Assembly: GCA_027488905.1 (NCBI GenBank)
Contig: JAIYAT010000010.1
Coordinates: 213,061 to 277,060 of the forward strand
Source of the DNA: Bacteroidota bacterium
Lineage (GTDB): Bacteria > Bacteroidota > Bacteroidia > UKL13-3
DNA: 64,000 nucleotides
Direction of reading: 5' to 3'
Shown here: in pieces, positions 10,108 through 20,827 of the stretch
Layout: each line of letters begins with the position of its first letter
Position numbering within the stretch: the first letter of the stretch is position 1
Program-made: the position numbers and the translations under genes
Notes under the pieces: model-generated
The model's input: only the letters and a program-made list of their open reading frames with translations
Told to the model about the DNA's origin: nothing
Database searches by the model: none

Positions 10108-12321
10108 TTATTCACCTTCCATAAAGTCAACTTTTTCTTCAGATTCCGACTCAAATTTATCGCAGTTTATTTCAATATTTAGCGGAGATTGCGGGCTAGG
10201 CCATTCATTCACAATATTAATTAAGCCAGGTGTTGCCGTAACTTTTTGCATGTATTCGGCCCAAACAGGCATGGCCAAAGCTGCACCAGAACCAAGGTCC
10301 ATGGTTCTAAAATGAATGGCTCTGTCCTCCCAACCCATCCAAAGTCCACTCACAAGCGTAGGCGTAATACCCATAAACCAAGCATCACTATAGTTTTGGG
10401 TAGTACCAGTTTTTCCTCCACAGGCACCTGGAATTTTATATTGGTATTTAATCTTGGCTGCTGTACCTGTAGTAGTTGTTTGCTCTAACATTTTACACAT
10501 TACATAAGCTGTTTGTTCGCTTAAGGCCTCTTTGGTTTGCGGCATGTTTTCGAAAATAACATTACCATTTTTGTCTACAATTTTTGTGTAATAAATTGGT
10601 TTAGTCCAAACGCCTTTGTTTGCAAATGCAGAATAAGCACCTATCATTTCATACAAAGAAATATCTGCAGTTCCCAAGGCAGAGGCTGGATAAGGTTCTA
10701 TCTTGCTTTTGATGCCAAGCCTGGTTGCATAATCTATCACCGTTTTGATGCCATCATCTCCGAGCATTTTTAAAACGTTTAGGCAAATTAGGTTAAAAGA
10801 AAGTTTGAGTCCTCTATACATCGTCATGGTTGGCGTGCTAAATTTCTCGTCTGCATTGCTTGGGTTATAATCTGGGTAACCTTCAAAGCTAACTGGTTTA
10901 TTAGGCACCATGGTGCATGGTGAAAAGCCATTGTCAACTGCCGCAGTGTATACAAAAGGTTTAAAGGTTGAACCAACCTGACGCTTGGCAGAAATGTTAA
11001 CATGGTCGTATTTAAAATATTTGTAATTATGACCACCCACCCATGCTTTTATTCTTCCGGTTGTTGGGTCCATACTCACAAAGCCACATTGCAAAAAGAA
11101 CTTATAGTATTTAATGCTATCCAAAGGAGACATGATGGTGTCAATTTCGCCTCGGTTATAACTAAAAACACGCATCTTCACTTTAACATTAAATTCAGCT
11201 TTGATAGATTCATCTGATTTGCCAAGTTTTTTTGCGATAATGTATCTATCGCTTCTTTTCATGGCTTGTACAATTCCTTCATTAAATTTACCCCAAGGTT
11301 CTCTTCCTTTCCAATGCGCATAAAACTTTCTTTGCTGGTCTTTCACATTAGATGCCACAACTTCTTCTGCAATTTTTTGTAAGGTAGGGTTTATGGTTGT
11401 GTAAATTTTTAAACCATCTTTATAGATATTGTAGCCATTTTCTTCGCACCAATCAATGAGTTCAATGCGGAGGGTTTCTCTAAAATAAGTTGCTAAACCT
11501 TCATTATGGCTTTCTTCTTGAAATTGTAATTGAATTGGTTGTTTTTTGAAATACGCCAAAGAGTCCTCAGAAATAAAGGATGCTTTACCCATTTGGTTCA
11601 AAACGGTATTTCTTCTATTGTATGCGTTTTCAGGATTTCTAATTGGGTTAAACTTTGTTGGACCTTTAAGCATTCCTACCAAAACAGCTGCTTCGGGCGC
11701 ATTAAGCTCTTTAGGGGATTTTCCAAAATAAGTTTTTGAGGCACTTCTAATACCAAAGGAGTTGTTCCCAAACTCAACGGTATTAAAATACATGGTAAGG
11801 ATTTCATCTTTGGTATAGCGTTGTTCAATAAATACCGCGGTAATCCATTCTTGAATTTTTGTAACTGCTTTATCTTTGAAACTCTTGAACTTTTTCCTTG
11901 GAAACAAATTTTTTGCTAATTGCTGAGAAATAGTGCTTCCTCCTTGTCTTCTGCCAATTAGGTTGTAGATAATTATGGTAAATAGCCTTCTATTATCAAT
12001 TCCGCTGTGCTCATAAAATCTTACATCTTCTGTGGCAATTAGTGCATTTATTAATTGCGGACTTAAATCTTCGTAATTGGCATTGCTGCGGTTCTGAAAA
12101 TAGTACTTGCCAAGCAAGGTTCCATCTTCAGCAAATACTTCACTTGCTAGTTGGGTTTTAGGATTTTCAAGTTCTTCGATAGGTGGCAATTGGCCAAACC
12201 AACCCATGCCAATGGCGGTTATTAAGCCTGAAAATAGCAATAAACCAACAAAAGCTCCTAGCCACAAAAACTTTATAAATTTCCAATATGGACTTTTCCA
12301 AAAATTATTTTTCCAACTCAT
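10108..12321 (-). CDS. Penicillin-binding protein 1A (bifunctional glycosyltransferase/transpeptidase)
   Basis: GT51 motifs EDVRFYEHSGID and GGSTISQQLAKN. Transpeptidase SxxK (STFKP), SxN and KTGT motifs. Confidence 0.85.
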   Translation of the reverse strand: MSWKNNFWKSPYWKFIKFLWLGAFVGLLLFSGLITAIGMGWFGQLPPIEELENPKTQLASEVFAEDGTLLGKYYFQNRSNANYEDLSPQLINALIATEDVRFYEHSGIDNRRLFTIIIYNLIGRRQGGSTISQQLAKNLFPRKKFKSFKDKAVTKIQEWITAVFIEQRYTKDEILTMYFNTVEFGNNSFGIRSASKTYFGKSPKELNAPEAAVLVGMLKGPTKFNPIRNPENAYNRRNTVLNQMGKASFISEDSLAYFKKQPIQLQFQEESHNEGLATYFRETLRIELIDWCEENGYNIYKDGLKIYTTINPTLQKIAEEVVASNVKDQQRKFYAHWKGREPWGKFNEGIVQAMKRSDRYIIAKKLGKSDESIKAEFNVKVKMRVFSYNRGEIDTIMSPLDSIKYYKFFLQCGFVSMDPTTGRIKAWVGGHNYKYFKYDHVNISAKRQVGSTFKPFVYTAAVDNGFSPCTMVPNKPVSFEGYPDYNPSNADEKFSTPTMTMYRGLKLSFNLICLNVLKMLGDDGIKTVIDYATRLGIKSKIEPYPASALGTADISLYEMIGAYSAFANKGVWTKPIYYTKIVDKNGNVIFENMPQTKEALSEQTAYVMCKMLEQTTTTGTAAKIKYQYKIPGACGGKTGTTQNYSDAWFMGITPTLVSGLWMGWEDRAIHFRTMDLGSGAALAMPVWAEYMQKVTATPGLINIVNEWPSPQSPLNIEINCDKFESESEEKVDFMEGE

Positions 12322-14978
12322 TTTATCTGTTGTGTTTGCTGCAATTGCTTTTTAAAGAAAGATTCAAATTCTGCCACTTTTTTGTCTTTCAAAACCTTTT
12401 TAAAATTAATACCTGAAATGACATATTCAATATAAGGGTCTTTTAGATTTAACTTTTTGTTTTTGAAGTCGGTAAGTTTTAACCCATTTAGGTAGTCATT
12501 TGCCTGTTTAAAATTTGCGAATTCTCTTACTACGAATAGTTGAAAACCTTCATTACTCATATATGCATTTACCCTCAAGCCATTGTCAGCCATGTATGAT
12601 TCGTTATATGCATTTATTTGAAGATTCATTTCATTCACATCGATTCCTGTGTTTTTAATGGCTAATACATAATAAAAACTAGTTTCAGTTTCAATGTCAA
12701 ATTGTAATTCAGAGTTGGTATCCTTTCCAATGAAGGCCGCTTTTTTAGCTTCCTTTTTTAGTGCGGTGAGGTATTCTTCTGCTGTATTTCCAGCTTCTGT
12801 TCCTTTGTGCAAAGCAACAATATTTGAAAGTGCTTTTTCAAAGGCAGTGCGGTCTTGCGTTTTCCCTATGCAAAGTGCCTCAAGTAAATCGTACTTTGGT
12901 TTAAGTCCGTTTTGAGGCCAATTTTTATCCAAGAATTCTTTTTTCTCAACAACAGTTTTACAATCCCCATTTTTAAATGATTCATAAATGGAGACATACG
13001 CTTCCTTTAGTTGCTTGTTGCTTTCGGCCTCGGCATTTACAGGTTTTTTGTTTTGAGCCAATAAAGCATAATTACTTGTCGGAAATTGTGAAATAAGCTT
13101 TTGCTTATTGTTTTCTGCTTTTAGATTGTTTTTTAGGTCAGAATACGCTTTAAACAAATAATAAAATGTAGCATCTTCATATTCACCAAAGGGGAATTTA
13201 GTTTGAATTTTTTCGCCGTATTTTATTGATTCTTCTGGGTTATGAAGGTTGTCATAATACATTACATTTAAGTTGTGCAAGGCATCTAACATCTTGGCAT
13301 TAGATTTTTCTAAGGATGCTGAGGTAAAAGGTACATTTTTTACCCAAGCATCCTTTTCTTTGTTACCAGTGATGTTAATGGTTTCAATGTTTTCAGAAGA
13401 GCCATCTTCTTTTTTAGTTTCTTTTTTATCTTCTGGCGTATTTGTATTTTTTTGTGCTGAAACGCCAGTTGTATCTGCTACTTCCTGATTTTTCTCCTTG
13501 GCTGCAATTCTCCAATAGTCTTCATTTTTGCGTTGACCCCATTTTTTGTTGCTAAAAAACTCTGCTGCACCACTAGACATTAAAGAAGAATTGTAAAAGT
13601 ACCATTCGCCTGTTCCGCTTCCCACTGCGGGCGCAGCAGGTAAAAAGTTGCTAGCATTACCCGCTACACTTGCTTGCACCTTTGCTCTTTTTTTAGCTTC
13701 TTTTTCTTCTTGCAATTTCTTCTTAGTGAAAGCTGCAATCCAAGAATCTATTCTTCTGCCCAATTCATCCTTGCTTAATAAGGCTAATTTTTGAAGAGAG
13801 TCTTGGGTTTCAAAAGCTACTAAATTACTAATTAAATCACCTAAGGTTGTTTTGGTGTTCTTAATTTCTTTGTAGTCTTTAAATTTTGGGTCAAGCGTTA
13901 ATATCGTGCTATCGTAATACGCCTGAGAATTTTTGTAATCTTTTTTGTTGAAATAGATTTTGGCAATTTCATGAAAAGCTAAACCTTTTTGATTTCTGTT
14001 TTTTGTACTCAAGTTGGCTGCCTTTTTGAAATTTAAAATAGCCTCCTCTTCCTTATTAATGGCCATATTTATTTTTCCCATTTCAAACCAAATCTGGTCA
14101 TAATAATCAAGGTTCTTTTCATCCCTCGCCATTTTCCTCAAACTACGTTTAACCTTGGCTACTGATTTTGGGTCCTTTAAATCGTATAACTTTAGTAAGG
14201 CTAATGTGGCATTAAATGCATAATCATAAGGTGGAACAAATTTAATTACCTTATTAAAATGGTAGGTAGCTTGGGGATTTTTCTTTTGTTCAAAATTTAA
14301 TTGACCCAAAATATAATGGTAGCGAATTTTTTGATCCTTTGTTAGTTTTCCTTTCAAAGCTAGGGTAAGGTGTTCTATTGCCTTTCCTGGTTTGTTGGTT
14401 TTTAAATCAATATCAGCCGCATTTGCATAAATAAAGCCAATGTCTTTTTTATGATAGTTTTTTACCAAAAGTAACTGGCCCATGATGGCTTCTGCCTCTT
14501 GAACTTTATTTAGTCCTAAATAGCATTTTGCAATCCAACAAGTACTTGCATTTGTAAAAGGGCCATTTTTATACTTTCCTAAAATAAACTGAAAGGTTTC
14601 TATGGCGGTGTAATAATCTTGTTTATAATACCTTGTTTTGGCAATAGCAAAGTAGGCATCATCTGTATAGCTGCCAACTTGGTGCAGTTGAATGGTGGTA
14701 GAGAATTTTTTAAGTGCTTCATCTAAAATATTTCCGGCAGATTTAGCAGCCTCTGGAGTTCCAATTTGAATGACATCTATGTTTTGGGTATAATCATCTA
14801 AATGTGAGACCTCAATTTGTTTAATGGCGTCTAACAATTTTTGCTCACCATTGAAATAGACGTTATAATGCCCTGTAAGGGAATGAAATTTTTTATTAAG
14901 CCATTTCTCTTTTGTTGGACTGCATGCAAACACCAACAAAATTAAGGTAGCGAGCGGTATGTTTCTTTTTATTAGCAA
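12318..14978 (-). CDS. Large tetratricopeptide-repeat lipoprotein with Lys/Glu-rich linker (SprE/PorW-like candidate)
   Basis: Lipobox LVFAC. Multiple TPR-like repeats and a KE-rich low-complexity segment. Overlaps the PBP1A start by 4 nt. Specific SprE/PorW identity is a guess. Confidence 0.55.
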   Translation of the reverse strand: MLIKRNIPLATLILLVFACSPTKEKWLNKKFHSLTGHYNVYFNGEQKLLDAIKQIEVSHLDDYTQNIDVIQIGTPEAAKSAGNILDEALKKFSTTIQLHQVGSYTDDAYFAIAKTRYYKQDYYTAIETFQFILGKYKNGPFTNASTCWIAKCYLGLNKVQEAEAIMGQLLLVKNYHKKDIGFIYANAADIDLKTNKPGKAIEHLTLALKGKLTKDQKIRYHYILGQLNFEQKKNPQATYHFNKVIKFVPPYDYAFNATLALLKLYDLKDPKSVAKVKRSLRKMARDEKNLDYYDQIWFEMGKINMAINKEEEAILNFKKAANLSTKNRNQKGLAFHEIAKIYFNKKDYKNSQAYYDSTILTLDPKFKDYKEIKNTKTTLGDLISNLVAFETQDSLQKLALLSKDELGRRIDSWIAAFTKKKLQEEKEAKKRAKVQASVAGNASNFLPAAPAVGSGTGEWYFYNSSLMSSGAAEFFSNKKWGQRKNEDYWRIAAKEKNQEVADTTGVSAQKNTNTPEDKKETKKEDGSSENIETINITGNKEKDAWVKNVPFTSASLEKSNAKMLDALHNLNVMYYDNLHNPEESIKYGEKIQTKFPFGEYEDATFYYLFKAYSDLKNNLKAENNKQKLISQFPTSNYALLAQNKKPVNAEAESNKQLKEAYVSIYESFKNGDCKTVVEKKEFLDKNWPQNGLKPKYDLLEALCIGKTQDRTAFEKALSNIVALHKGTEAGNTAEEYLTALKKEAKKAAFIGKDTNSELQFDIETETSFYYVLAIKNTGIDVNEMNLQINAYNESYMADNGLRVNAYMSNEGFQLFVVREFANFKQANDYLNGLKLTDFKNKKLNLKDPYIEYVISGINFKKVLKDKKVAEFESFFKKQLQQTQQIK

Positions 14979-15055
14979 AGTGTGTGGTTTGATTACCTAT
15001 ATTTGAATTTTGGATTGTACAATTTTAGCCAAAGTTTGGCAATATTAGTAAAGGT

Positions 15056-15433
15056 ATGGAACCTGCAAAGAAAAAATTCATTCATAAACTGCGTTATAAG
15101 TACAGATTAGTGCTTATAAACGATGAATCTTTTGAAGAAAAAATCTCTTTTAAGCTTACACCCATGAATGTTTTTGTTGGGTTTAGTTCTGCTATAATGT
15201 TATTCGCCATCTTAATTATTTCGCTGGTGTTTTTTACTTCTGTTAGGGAATTTGTGCCAGGCTATACCGATACTAAGACCAAACGTAATTTACAGGAACT
15301 ATTGTATAAGACAGACTCTTTAGAGCGTGTGCTCAAAACCAAAGAGCTTTATTTTCAGAATGTTTCAAATATCATGAAAGGCGGGGAGGGCTTGTCGGAT
15401 AGTTTACCCAAAACGCCTAATCTAAAACCCTAA
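15056..15433 (+). CDS. Hypothetical single-TM membrane protein
   Basis: 125 aa with a basic N-terminus and one TM helix. Resembles N-terminal anchors of M23-peptidase-like proteins but lacks a catalytic domain. Confidence 0.4.
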   Translation: MEPAKKKFIHKLRYKYRLVLINDESFEEKISFKLTPMNVFVGFSSAIMLFAILIISLVFFTSVREFVPGYTDTKTKRNLQELLYKTDSLERVLKTKELYFQNVSNIMKGGEGLSDSLPKTPNLKP

Positions 15434-15443
15434 TTGGGTTAAA

Positions 15444-15474
15444 GTTGCAAAAAAGCAAAAATTTGCTAGTTTTG
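15444..15474 (+). promoter_or_regulatory. Candidate Bacteroidetes-type promoter (-33 TTG / -7 TAnnTTTG) for bactofilin-atp operon
   Basis: TTG at 15444-15446 and TAGTTTTG at 15467-15474, spacing ~20 nt, ~40 nt upstream of the bactofilin start. Confidence 0.25.
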
Positions 15475-15515
15475 TAAGTGGTTCATTTTGTGTTGAACCA
15501 ATAAATATTACAACT

Positions 15516-15959
15516 ATGTCGATGTTCAAACCAGCCAAAAACACAACCTTTAACCCACAAGAAATTAATATCCTCAATGCTGGTACGCGCATTACAGGTG
15601 ATTTAGCTTCAGAAGGCGACTTACGTGTTGACGGTTCGGTTCAAGGCAATATAGAGGTAAAAACCAAATTGGTTTTAGGTCAAAGTGCCCATGTTAAAGG
15701 AAATATTATCGCTCAAAATTCTGATATTTCTGGCGTTGTTATAGGTAATGTGACCGTTTCTGAGCTTTTAACCATAAAGGCCACTGCAAAAATTACAGGT
15801 GATATCGCTTGCAGTAAATTAATTATTGAGGCTGGAGCAGAGTTTAATGGTAATAGTGCCATGAGGCCAGCGGTTGTTGCTGCTGATTTTAGAAACATTA
15901 CTGCCAAACAACAAAAAAATGCAGAATCAAAAGAATCTTTAATTGCCGAACAAGCTTAA
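15516..15959 (+). CDS. Bactofilin (DUF583) cytoskeletal protein
   Basis: Repetitive beta-helical core (ITGDL…VDGSVQGNIEV…VKGNIIA…) with a disordered C-terminus. Confidence 0.8.
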   Translation: MSMFKPAKNTTFNPQEINILNAGTRITGDLASEGDLRVDGSVQGNIEVKTKLVLGQSAHVKGNIIAQNSDISGVVIGNVTVSELLTIKATAKITGDIACSKLIIEAGAEFNGNSAMRPAVVAADFRNITAKQQKNAESKESLIAEQA

Positions 15960-16164
15960 CAAACCAGACTCAGGTCCAAAAACCTGGCTGCGTTACACAA
16001 ATCTTGGTTTTCAAATGATTGGAACAATGGTAGTTTGCGCTTTAGGAGGCAAATACCTTGATAAGTACCTAGAAATGAAGTTTCCTGTTTTTACTTTGGT
16101 ACTTGTACTTTTTGGTGTATTTGCTGCCCTTTATCAGGTGTTAAAAGATTTACTTAAAAAATAA
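15943..16164 (+). CDS. AtpZ/AtpI-family small membrane protein (ATP synthase operon leader gene)
   Basis: 73 aa with two TM helices. Overlaps the bactofilin stop by 17 nt. Confidence 0.6.
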   Translation: MPNKLNKPDSGPKTWLRYTNLGFQMIGTMVVCALGGKYLDKYLEMKFPVFTLVLVLFGVFAALYQVLKDLLKK

Positions 16165-16219
16165 TTAAAATCCAATTGGTTTCTGGCAAATCAAAAGGTA
16201 CTTTTGCGGGCGTTAAAAA

Positions 16220-16618
16220 ATGTCTAAATTAAATTTCCATAAAAGTTTGGTGGCGCTAACCCTTCTATGCGGGTTTTTTATATATGCCTTCCAAGTGTTT
16301 CAAACAAAATGGGTTTTAGACTCTCTGGCTTGGATTTCTTTATTTTATTTTTTCGGACTCACTTGGCTTACATTTAAAATAGCAAACTCTGGGGTCAAAA
16401 AGGATAATAAAACCTTCATTGCCAGAACTTACGGAGCAATTGGAATACGTTTTATATTCTCCATTTTTCCGCTTTTTATCTACCTTGTTTTCTATCCTAA
16501 AAGAGAAATGCCGTTTATAATTACCTATCTTTTATTGTATTTCTTTTACACAGCTTTTGAAATTTATTTCCTCGTGGTTAACTTGCGACCCGATTTAAAC
16601 AAAAAGAATCCTTCATGA
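16220..16618 (+). CDS. Hypothetical 4-TM membrane protein in atp operon
   Basis: 132 aa hydrophobic protein. ATGA overlap with the atpB start. Confidence 0.5.
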   Translation: MSKLNFHKSLVALTLLCGFFIYAFQVFQTKWVLDSLAWISLFYFFGLTWLTFKIANSGVKKDNKTFIARTYGAIGIRFIFSIFPLFIYLVFYPKREMPFIITYLLLYFFYTAFEIYFLVVNLRPDLNKKNPS

Positions 16619-17781
16619 ACGCCATCAAAAAGAAGAGTATCAATTATTTAGTTTTAGCTTTTTCCCTTCTAACGCTATCGTCTTTTGGCGCTATAAATGC
16701 TTTTGCGCATGATTCTACACACCATGAAGCCGAAATTCACGCTACAGATTCTGCTATCAACTTGCATGCTGAGGCAGCGCATAACCCAGCTGAAGCTCAT
16801 GACGAAAAAGAAGGAGTAGATGCAGGTAAATTAATTATGGAGCATATTGGGGATGCACATGATTGGCACATGGCTACTATTGGACATACGCATGTAACTA
16901 TTCCTCTTCCAATTATTATTAAAGACGCTGCCGGATTTCATATTTTTAGTTCTTCTAAATTTCACCATGGCCATGATGCTTATAATGGTTATAAATTGGA
17001 GCATGGTAAAATTGTAGCAGTAAACGAAGATGGCAGCATCAATGAATCTGCTTCATTCTTCGACTTATCTATTACAAAAAATGTTGCGGCTATGCTGATT
17101 TCAGTGATAGTGCTCATTTGGATGATGCTAAGTGTTGCCAGTTCTTACAAAAAAGGCAAAGGAGCTGCTCCAAAAGGATTTGCCAACTTAATAGAAATGG
17201 GTATTCTTTTCATAAGAGATGAGGTTGCTAAACCAAGTATTGGTCCTAAATACATGAAGTTTATGCCTTATTTATTAACCATATTCTTCTTTATCTTTTT
17301 AAATAACCTATTTGGTTTAGTGCCATTCTTTCCAGGAGGTGCAAACGTTACGGGTAATATCGCTGTTACTTTAGTTTTGGCCTTGTTTACCTTTGTGATT
17401 ACTTCAATCAATGGAAACAAAAGCTATTGGGGACATATCTTTATGCCTCCGGGCGTACCAAAAGCTTTATGGATTTTATTGATACCAATCGAAATCATAG
17501 GAATGTTAAACAAGCCAATTGTATTAATGATTCGTTTGTTTGCCAATATCACAGCTGGACATATTATCATGCTTGGATTTTTCTCGCTCATTTTCATCTT
17601 TGGTGCCATGAGCGAAGGATTAGGTTTAGGCGTTTCGGTAATGTCAGTTGCCTTTACAACTTTCATGAACTTCCTTGAATTATTAGTAGCTTTTTTACAG
17701 GCATATGTATTCACTTTACTTTCTGCGCTTTACTTTGGTTCAGCAGTAGAAGAACATGCCCACCACGACGAACATCATTAA
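16615..17781 (+). CDS. atpB: F0F1 ATP synthase subunit a, with His-rich N- and C-terminal extensions
   Basis: Conserved LFANITAGH motif with the essential Arg. 388 aa. HDSTHHEAEIHA…HDEKEG at the N-terminus and EEHAHHDEHH at the C-terminus. Confidence 0.9.
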   Translation: MNAIKKKSINYLVLAFSLLTLSSFGAINAFAHDSTHHEAEIHATDSAINLHAEAAHNPAEAHDEKEGVDAGKLIMEHIGDAHDWHMATIGHTHVTIPLPIIIKDAAGFHIFSSSKFHHGHDAYNGYKLEHGKIVAVNEDGSINESASFFDLSITKNVAAMLISVIVLIWMMLSVASSYKKGKGAAPKGFANLIEMGILFIRDEVAKPSIGPKYMKFMPYLLTIFFFIFLNNLFGLVPFFPGGANVTGNIAVTLVLALFTFVITSINGNKSYWGHIFMPPGVPKALWILLIPIEIIGMLNKPIVLMIRLFANITAGHIIMLGFFSLIFIFGAMSEGLGLGVSVMSVAFTTFMNFLELLVAFLQAYVFTLLSALYFGSAVEEHAHHDEHH

Positions 17782-17800
17782 TTAAATTATAATCAACTAA

Positions 17801-18079
<279 letters not shown>

Positions 18080-18088
18080 TTATTAATT

Positions 18089-18119
18089 GCAGAGATACAG
18101 TTGATTACTGTGTCTCTGC
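18089..18119 (+). promoter_or_regulatory. Stable intercistronic stem-loop between atpE and atpF
   Basis: 12-bp stem gcagagatacag / ctgtgtctctgc (one G.U), 7-nt loop, no clean U-tract. Confidence 0.4.
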
Positions 18120-18156
18120 TTACTTTCTCTCAATTCAAAAATAACAATCAAACAAA

Positions 18157-18651
18157 ATGGAATTAGTTAAACCTGGTTTAGGTCTTATCGTTTGGATGAC
18201 CATTACTTTTAGTATCGTATTGTTCATTCTATCCAAATTTGCATGGAAGCCAATTCTTGCAGCCATTAAAGAAAGAGAAGACTCTATCAACAATGCATTA
18301 AACTCGGCAGAGGATGCGCGCAAACAAATGGATGCCTTAAAAGCAGACAACGAGAAATTGTTAAACCAGGCACGTGCCGAGCGCGAGCTAATGCTAAAAG
18401 AGGCAAGTGAAATGAAGGAAAACATCATTGCACAAGCCAAACGTTCTGCTGATGAAGAAGGCAGAAAAATTATTGCCAAAGCCAATGAGGCCATCGAATC
18501 GGCTAAATTAAATGCGATGAATGAACTTAAAACCCAAGTGGCTGTATTATCAGTAGATTTGGCAGAAAAAGTGCTTCGCAAGAAAATGGAAGACCGCAGC
18601 CAACAAGAAGCTTTTGTAAACGAAAATTTGAAATCAATTACCCTGAACTAA
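18157..18651 (+). CDS. atpF: F0F1 ATP synthase subunit b
   Basis: N-terminal TM helix then a long charged coiled coil. Confidence 0.85.
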   Translation: MELVKPGLGLIVWMTITFSIVLFILSKFAWKPILAAIKEREDSINNALNSAEDARKQMDALKADNEKLLNQARAERELMLKEASEMKENIIAQAKRSADEEGRKIIAKANEAIESAKLNAMNELKTQVAVLSVDLAEKVLRKKMEDRSQQEAFVNENLKSITLN

Positions 18652-18652
18652 C

Positions 18653-19204
18653 ATGTCAGAACAAAGAGTATCCGGCAGATATGCTAAGTCACTCATAGAT
18701 TTAGCCTTAGAGCGCAAAGCCTTGGATGCGGTTTACGCCGATGTGGTTTTGCTTAAGCAAACCATTGAAGCCAATGCCTCTCTAGCCAATATGCTAAAGA
18801 GCCCAATCATTAAAGCAGATAAAAAACAAGCCATTATCAAGCAAGTTTTTTCGAGTTACCTTTCTGAACTTAGCCTACTATTTATTAATTTAGTTACAGC
18901 TAAAAACAGAAGTTTCTTCTTGCATGATATCGCTGTGCAGTTCATTGTTCAATACAATGAAATAAATAAAATTACTACCGCCCATGTTAAAACCGCTGTG
19001 AGCATTAGCGCCTCGGTTCAAGCAGAAGTGAAAAGCTTTTTAGAAGCCCAAACTGGTAAGCGCGTAGAATTAAAAAATTCAGTAGATCCAGAATTAATTG
19101 GTGGAATGGTCATTCAAATAGAAGACCGTTTATACGACGCCAGTATTTCAGGTAAACTGAAAAAAGCAAAACACGAATTATTAAACACTTACATTTCAAA
19201 ATAA
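18653..19204 (+). CDS. atpH: F0F1 ATP synthase subunit delta
   Basis: 183 aa. Position between atpF and atpA, OSCP-like N-terminus (RYAKSLIDLA). Confidence 0.8.
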   Translation: MSEQRVSGRYAKSLIDLALERKALDAVYADVVLLKQTIEANASLANMLKSPIIKADKKQAIIKQVFSSYLSELSLLFINLVTAKNRSFFLHDIAVQFIVQYNEINKITTAHVKTAVSISASVQAEVKSFLEAQTGKRVELKNSVDPELIGGMVIQIEDRLYDASISGKLKKAKHELLNTYISK

Positions 19205-19213
19205 CAGTTCATT

Positions 19214-20794
19214 ATGGTAGAAATAAGACCCGATGAGGTATCAGCCATCATCAGAGAGCAATTAAGCAGCTTTAAGTCTGAAACCGAATTAGAAGAAGTA
19301 GGTACCGTACTCCAAGTGGGTGATGGTATTGCTCGTATTTACGGCTTAACCAAGGTTCAGTCGGGAGAGCTTATCCAATTCTCAAATGGAGTAGAAGGCA
19401 TCGTACTTAACCTTGAAGAAGATAACGTAGGTGCTGTATTATTAGGTTCTTCAGACCAAATAGTAGAAGGCGATACCGTTAAAAGAACAGGTAGAATTGC
19501 CGCTATCAATGTTGGGGAAGGAATGGTTGGTCGTGTATTGAATACCCTTGGAATGCCAATAGATGGTAAAGGTCCATTAACAGGTGATTTATACGAAATG
19601 CCATTGGAGCGCAAAGCACCAGGGGTAATTTACCGCGAACCCGTTAAAGAACCACTTCAAACTGGTATCAAAGCGATTGACGCGATGATTCCAATCGGAC
19701 GTGGACAACGTGAGTTGGTTATTGGTGACCGTCAAACTGGTAAAACAGCAGTTTGTATTGATACCATCATCAATCAGAAAGAATTTTATGAAGCAGGGAA
19801 ACCTGTATATTGTATTTATGTAGCATGTGGTCAAAAAGCGTCAACTGTTGCGCAGGTGGTTAAAACCCTTGAAGAGCGTGGTGCAATGCCTTATACCATC
19901 ATCGTTTCAGCTACTTCATCAGATCCAGCGCCAATGCAATTCTTTGCGCCTATGGCTGGTGCAGCTATTGGTGAGTTTTTCCGCGATACAGGTAGACCAG
20001 CTTTGGTAATCTATGATGATTTATCAAAGCAAGCTGTTGCTTACCGAGAAGTATCCTTGTTGTTACGTCGTCCTCCGGGCCGTGAGGCTTATCCTGGTGA
20101 CGTATTTTACTTGCATAGCCGTTTGCTAGAGCGTGCTGCAAAAATCAATGCAACCGATTCAATTGCACAACAAATGAACGATTTGCCTCCTTCTATCAAG
20201 CACATGGTAAAAGGTGGAGGTTCTTTAACTGCACTTCCAATTATCGAAACACAAGCTGGTGACGTTTCTGCTTATATTCCAACCAATGTAATTTCTATTA
20301 CTGACGGACAGATATTCTTAGAAGCCAACTTGTTTAACTCGGGTATCCGTCCTGCGATTAACGTAGGTATCTCGGTATCACGTGTGGGTGGTAACGCCCA
20401 AATCAAATCAATGAAGAAAGTTGCGGGTACCTTAAAGTTGGATCAAGCCCAATACCGCGAATTGGAAGCTTTCTCTAAGTTTGGTTCAGACCTAGATGCC
20501 GCTACAAAATCTGTTTTGGCAAAAGGTGCTCGTAACGTAGAAATCTTGAAGCAAGGACAGTTTGCACCTTTGCGTGTAGAACAACAAGTAGCGATTATTT
20601 ACTTAGGTACAAAAGGTTTATTATCTGCAGTTCCTGTAAATAAGATACGTGAGTTTGAAGCTGACTTCCTAAACTTTTTGGAAAACAAACACATCGATGT
20701 GTTAAATACCATTAAGAAGGGTGGCATTGGCGACGATGTTACAGGCATACTAGAATCAGTTTGTAAAGAATTAACAGCTAAATACAGCGCATAA
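19214..20794 (+). CDS. atpA: F0F1 ATP synthase subunit alpha
   Basis: Walker A GDRQTGKT. 526 aa. Confidence 0.95.
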   Translation: MVEIRPDEVSAIIREQLSSFKSETELEEVGTVLQVGDGIARIYGLTKVQSGELIQFSNGVEGIVLNLEEDNVGAVLLGSSDQIVEGDTVKRTGRIAAINVGEGMVGRVLNTLGMPIDGKGPLTGDLYEMPLERKAPGVIYREPVKEPLQTGIKAIDAMIPIGRGQRELVIGDRQTGKTAVCIDTIINQKEFYEAGKPVYCIYVACGQKASTVAQVVKTLEERGAMPYTIIVSATSSDPAPMQFFAPMAGAAIGEFFRDTGRPALVIYDDLSKQAVAYREVSLLLRRPPGREAYPGDVFYLHSRLLERAAKINATDSIAQQMNDLPPSIKHMVKGGGSLTALPIIETQAGDVSAYIPTNVISITDGQIFLEANLFNSGIRPAINVGISVSRVGGNAQIKSMKKVAGTLKLDQAQYRELEAFSKFGSDLDAATKSVLAKGARNVEILKQGQFAPLRVEQQVAIIYLGTKGLLSAVPVNKIREFEADFLNFLENKHIDVLNTIKKGGIGDDVTGILESVCKELTAKYSA

Positions 20795-20827
20795 TTCGGT
20801 TTGAACCGAAAGGCTTAACATAAACAC

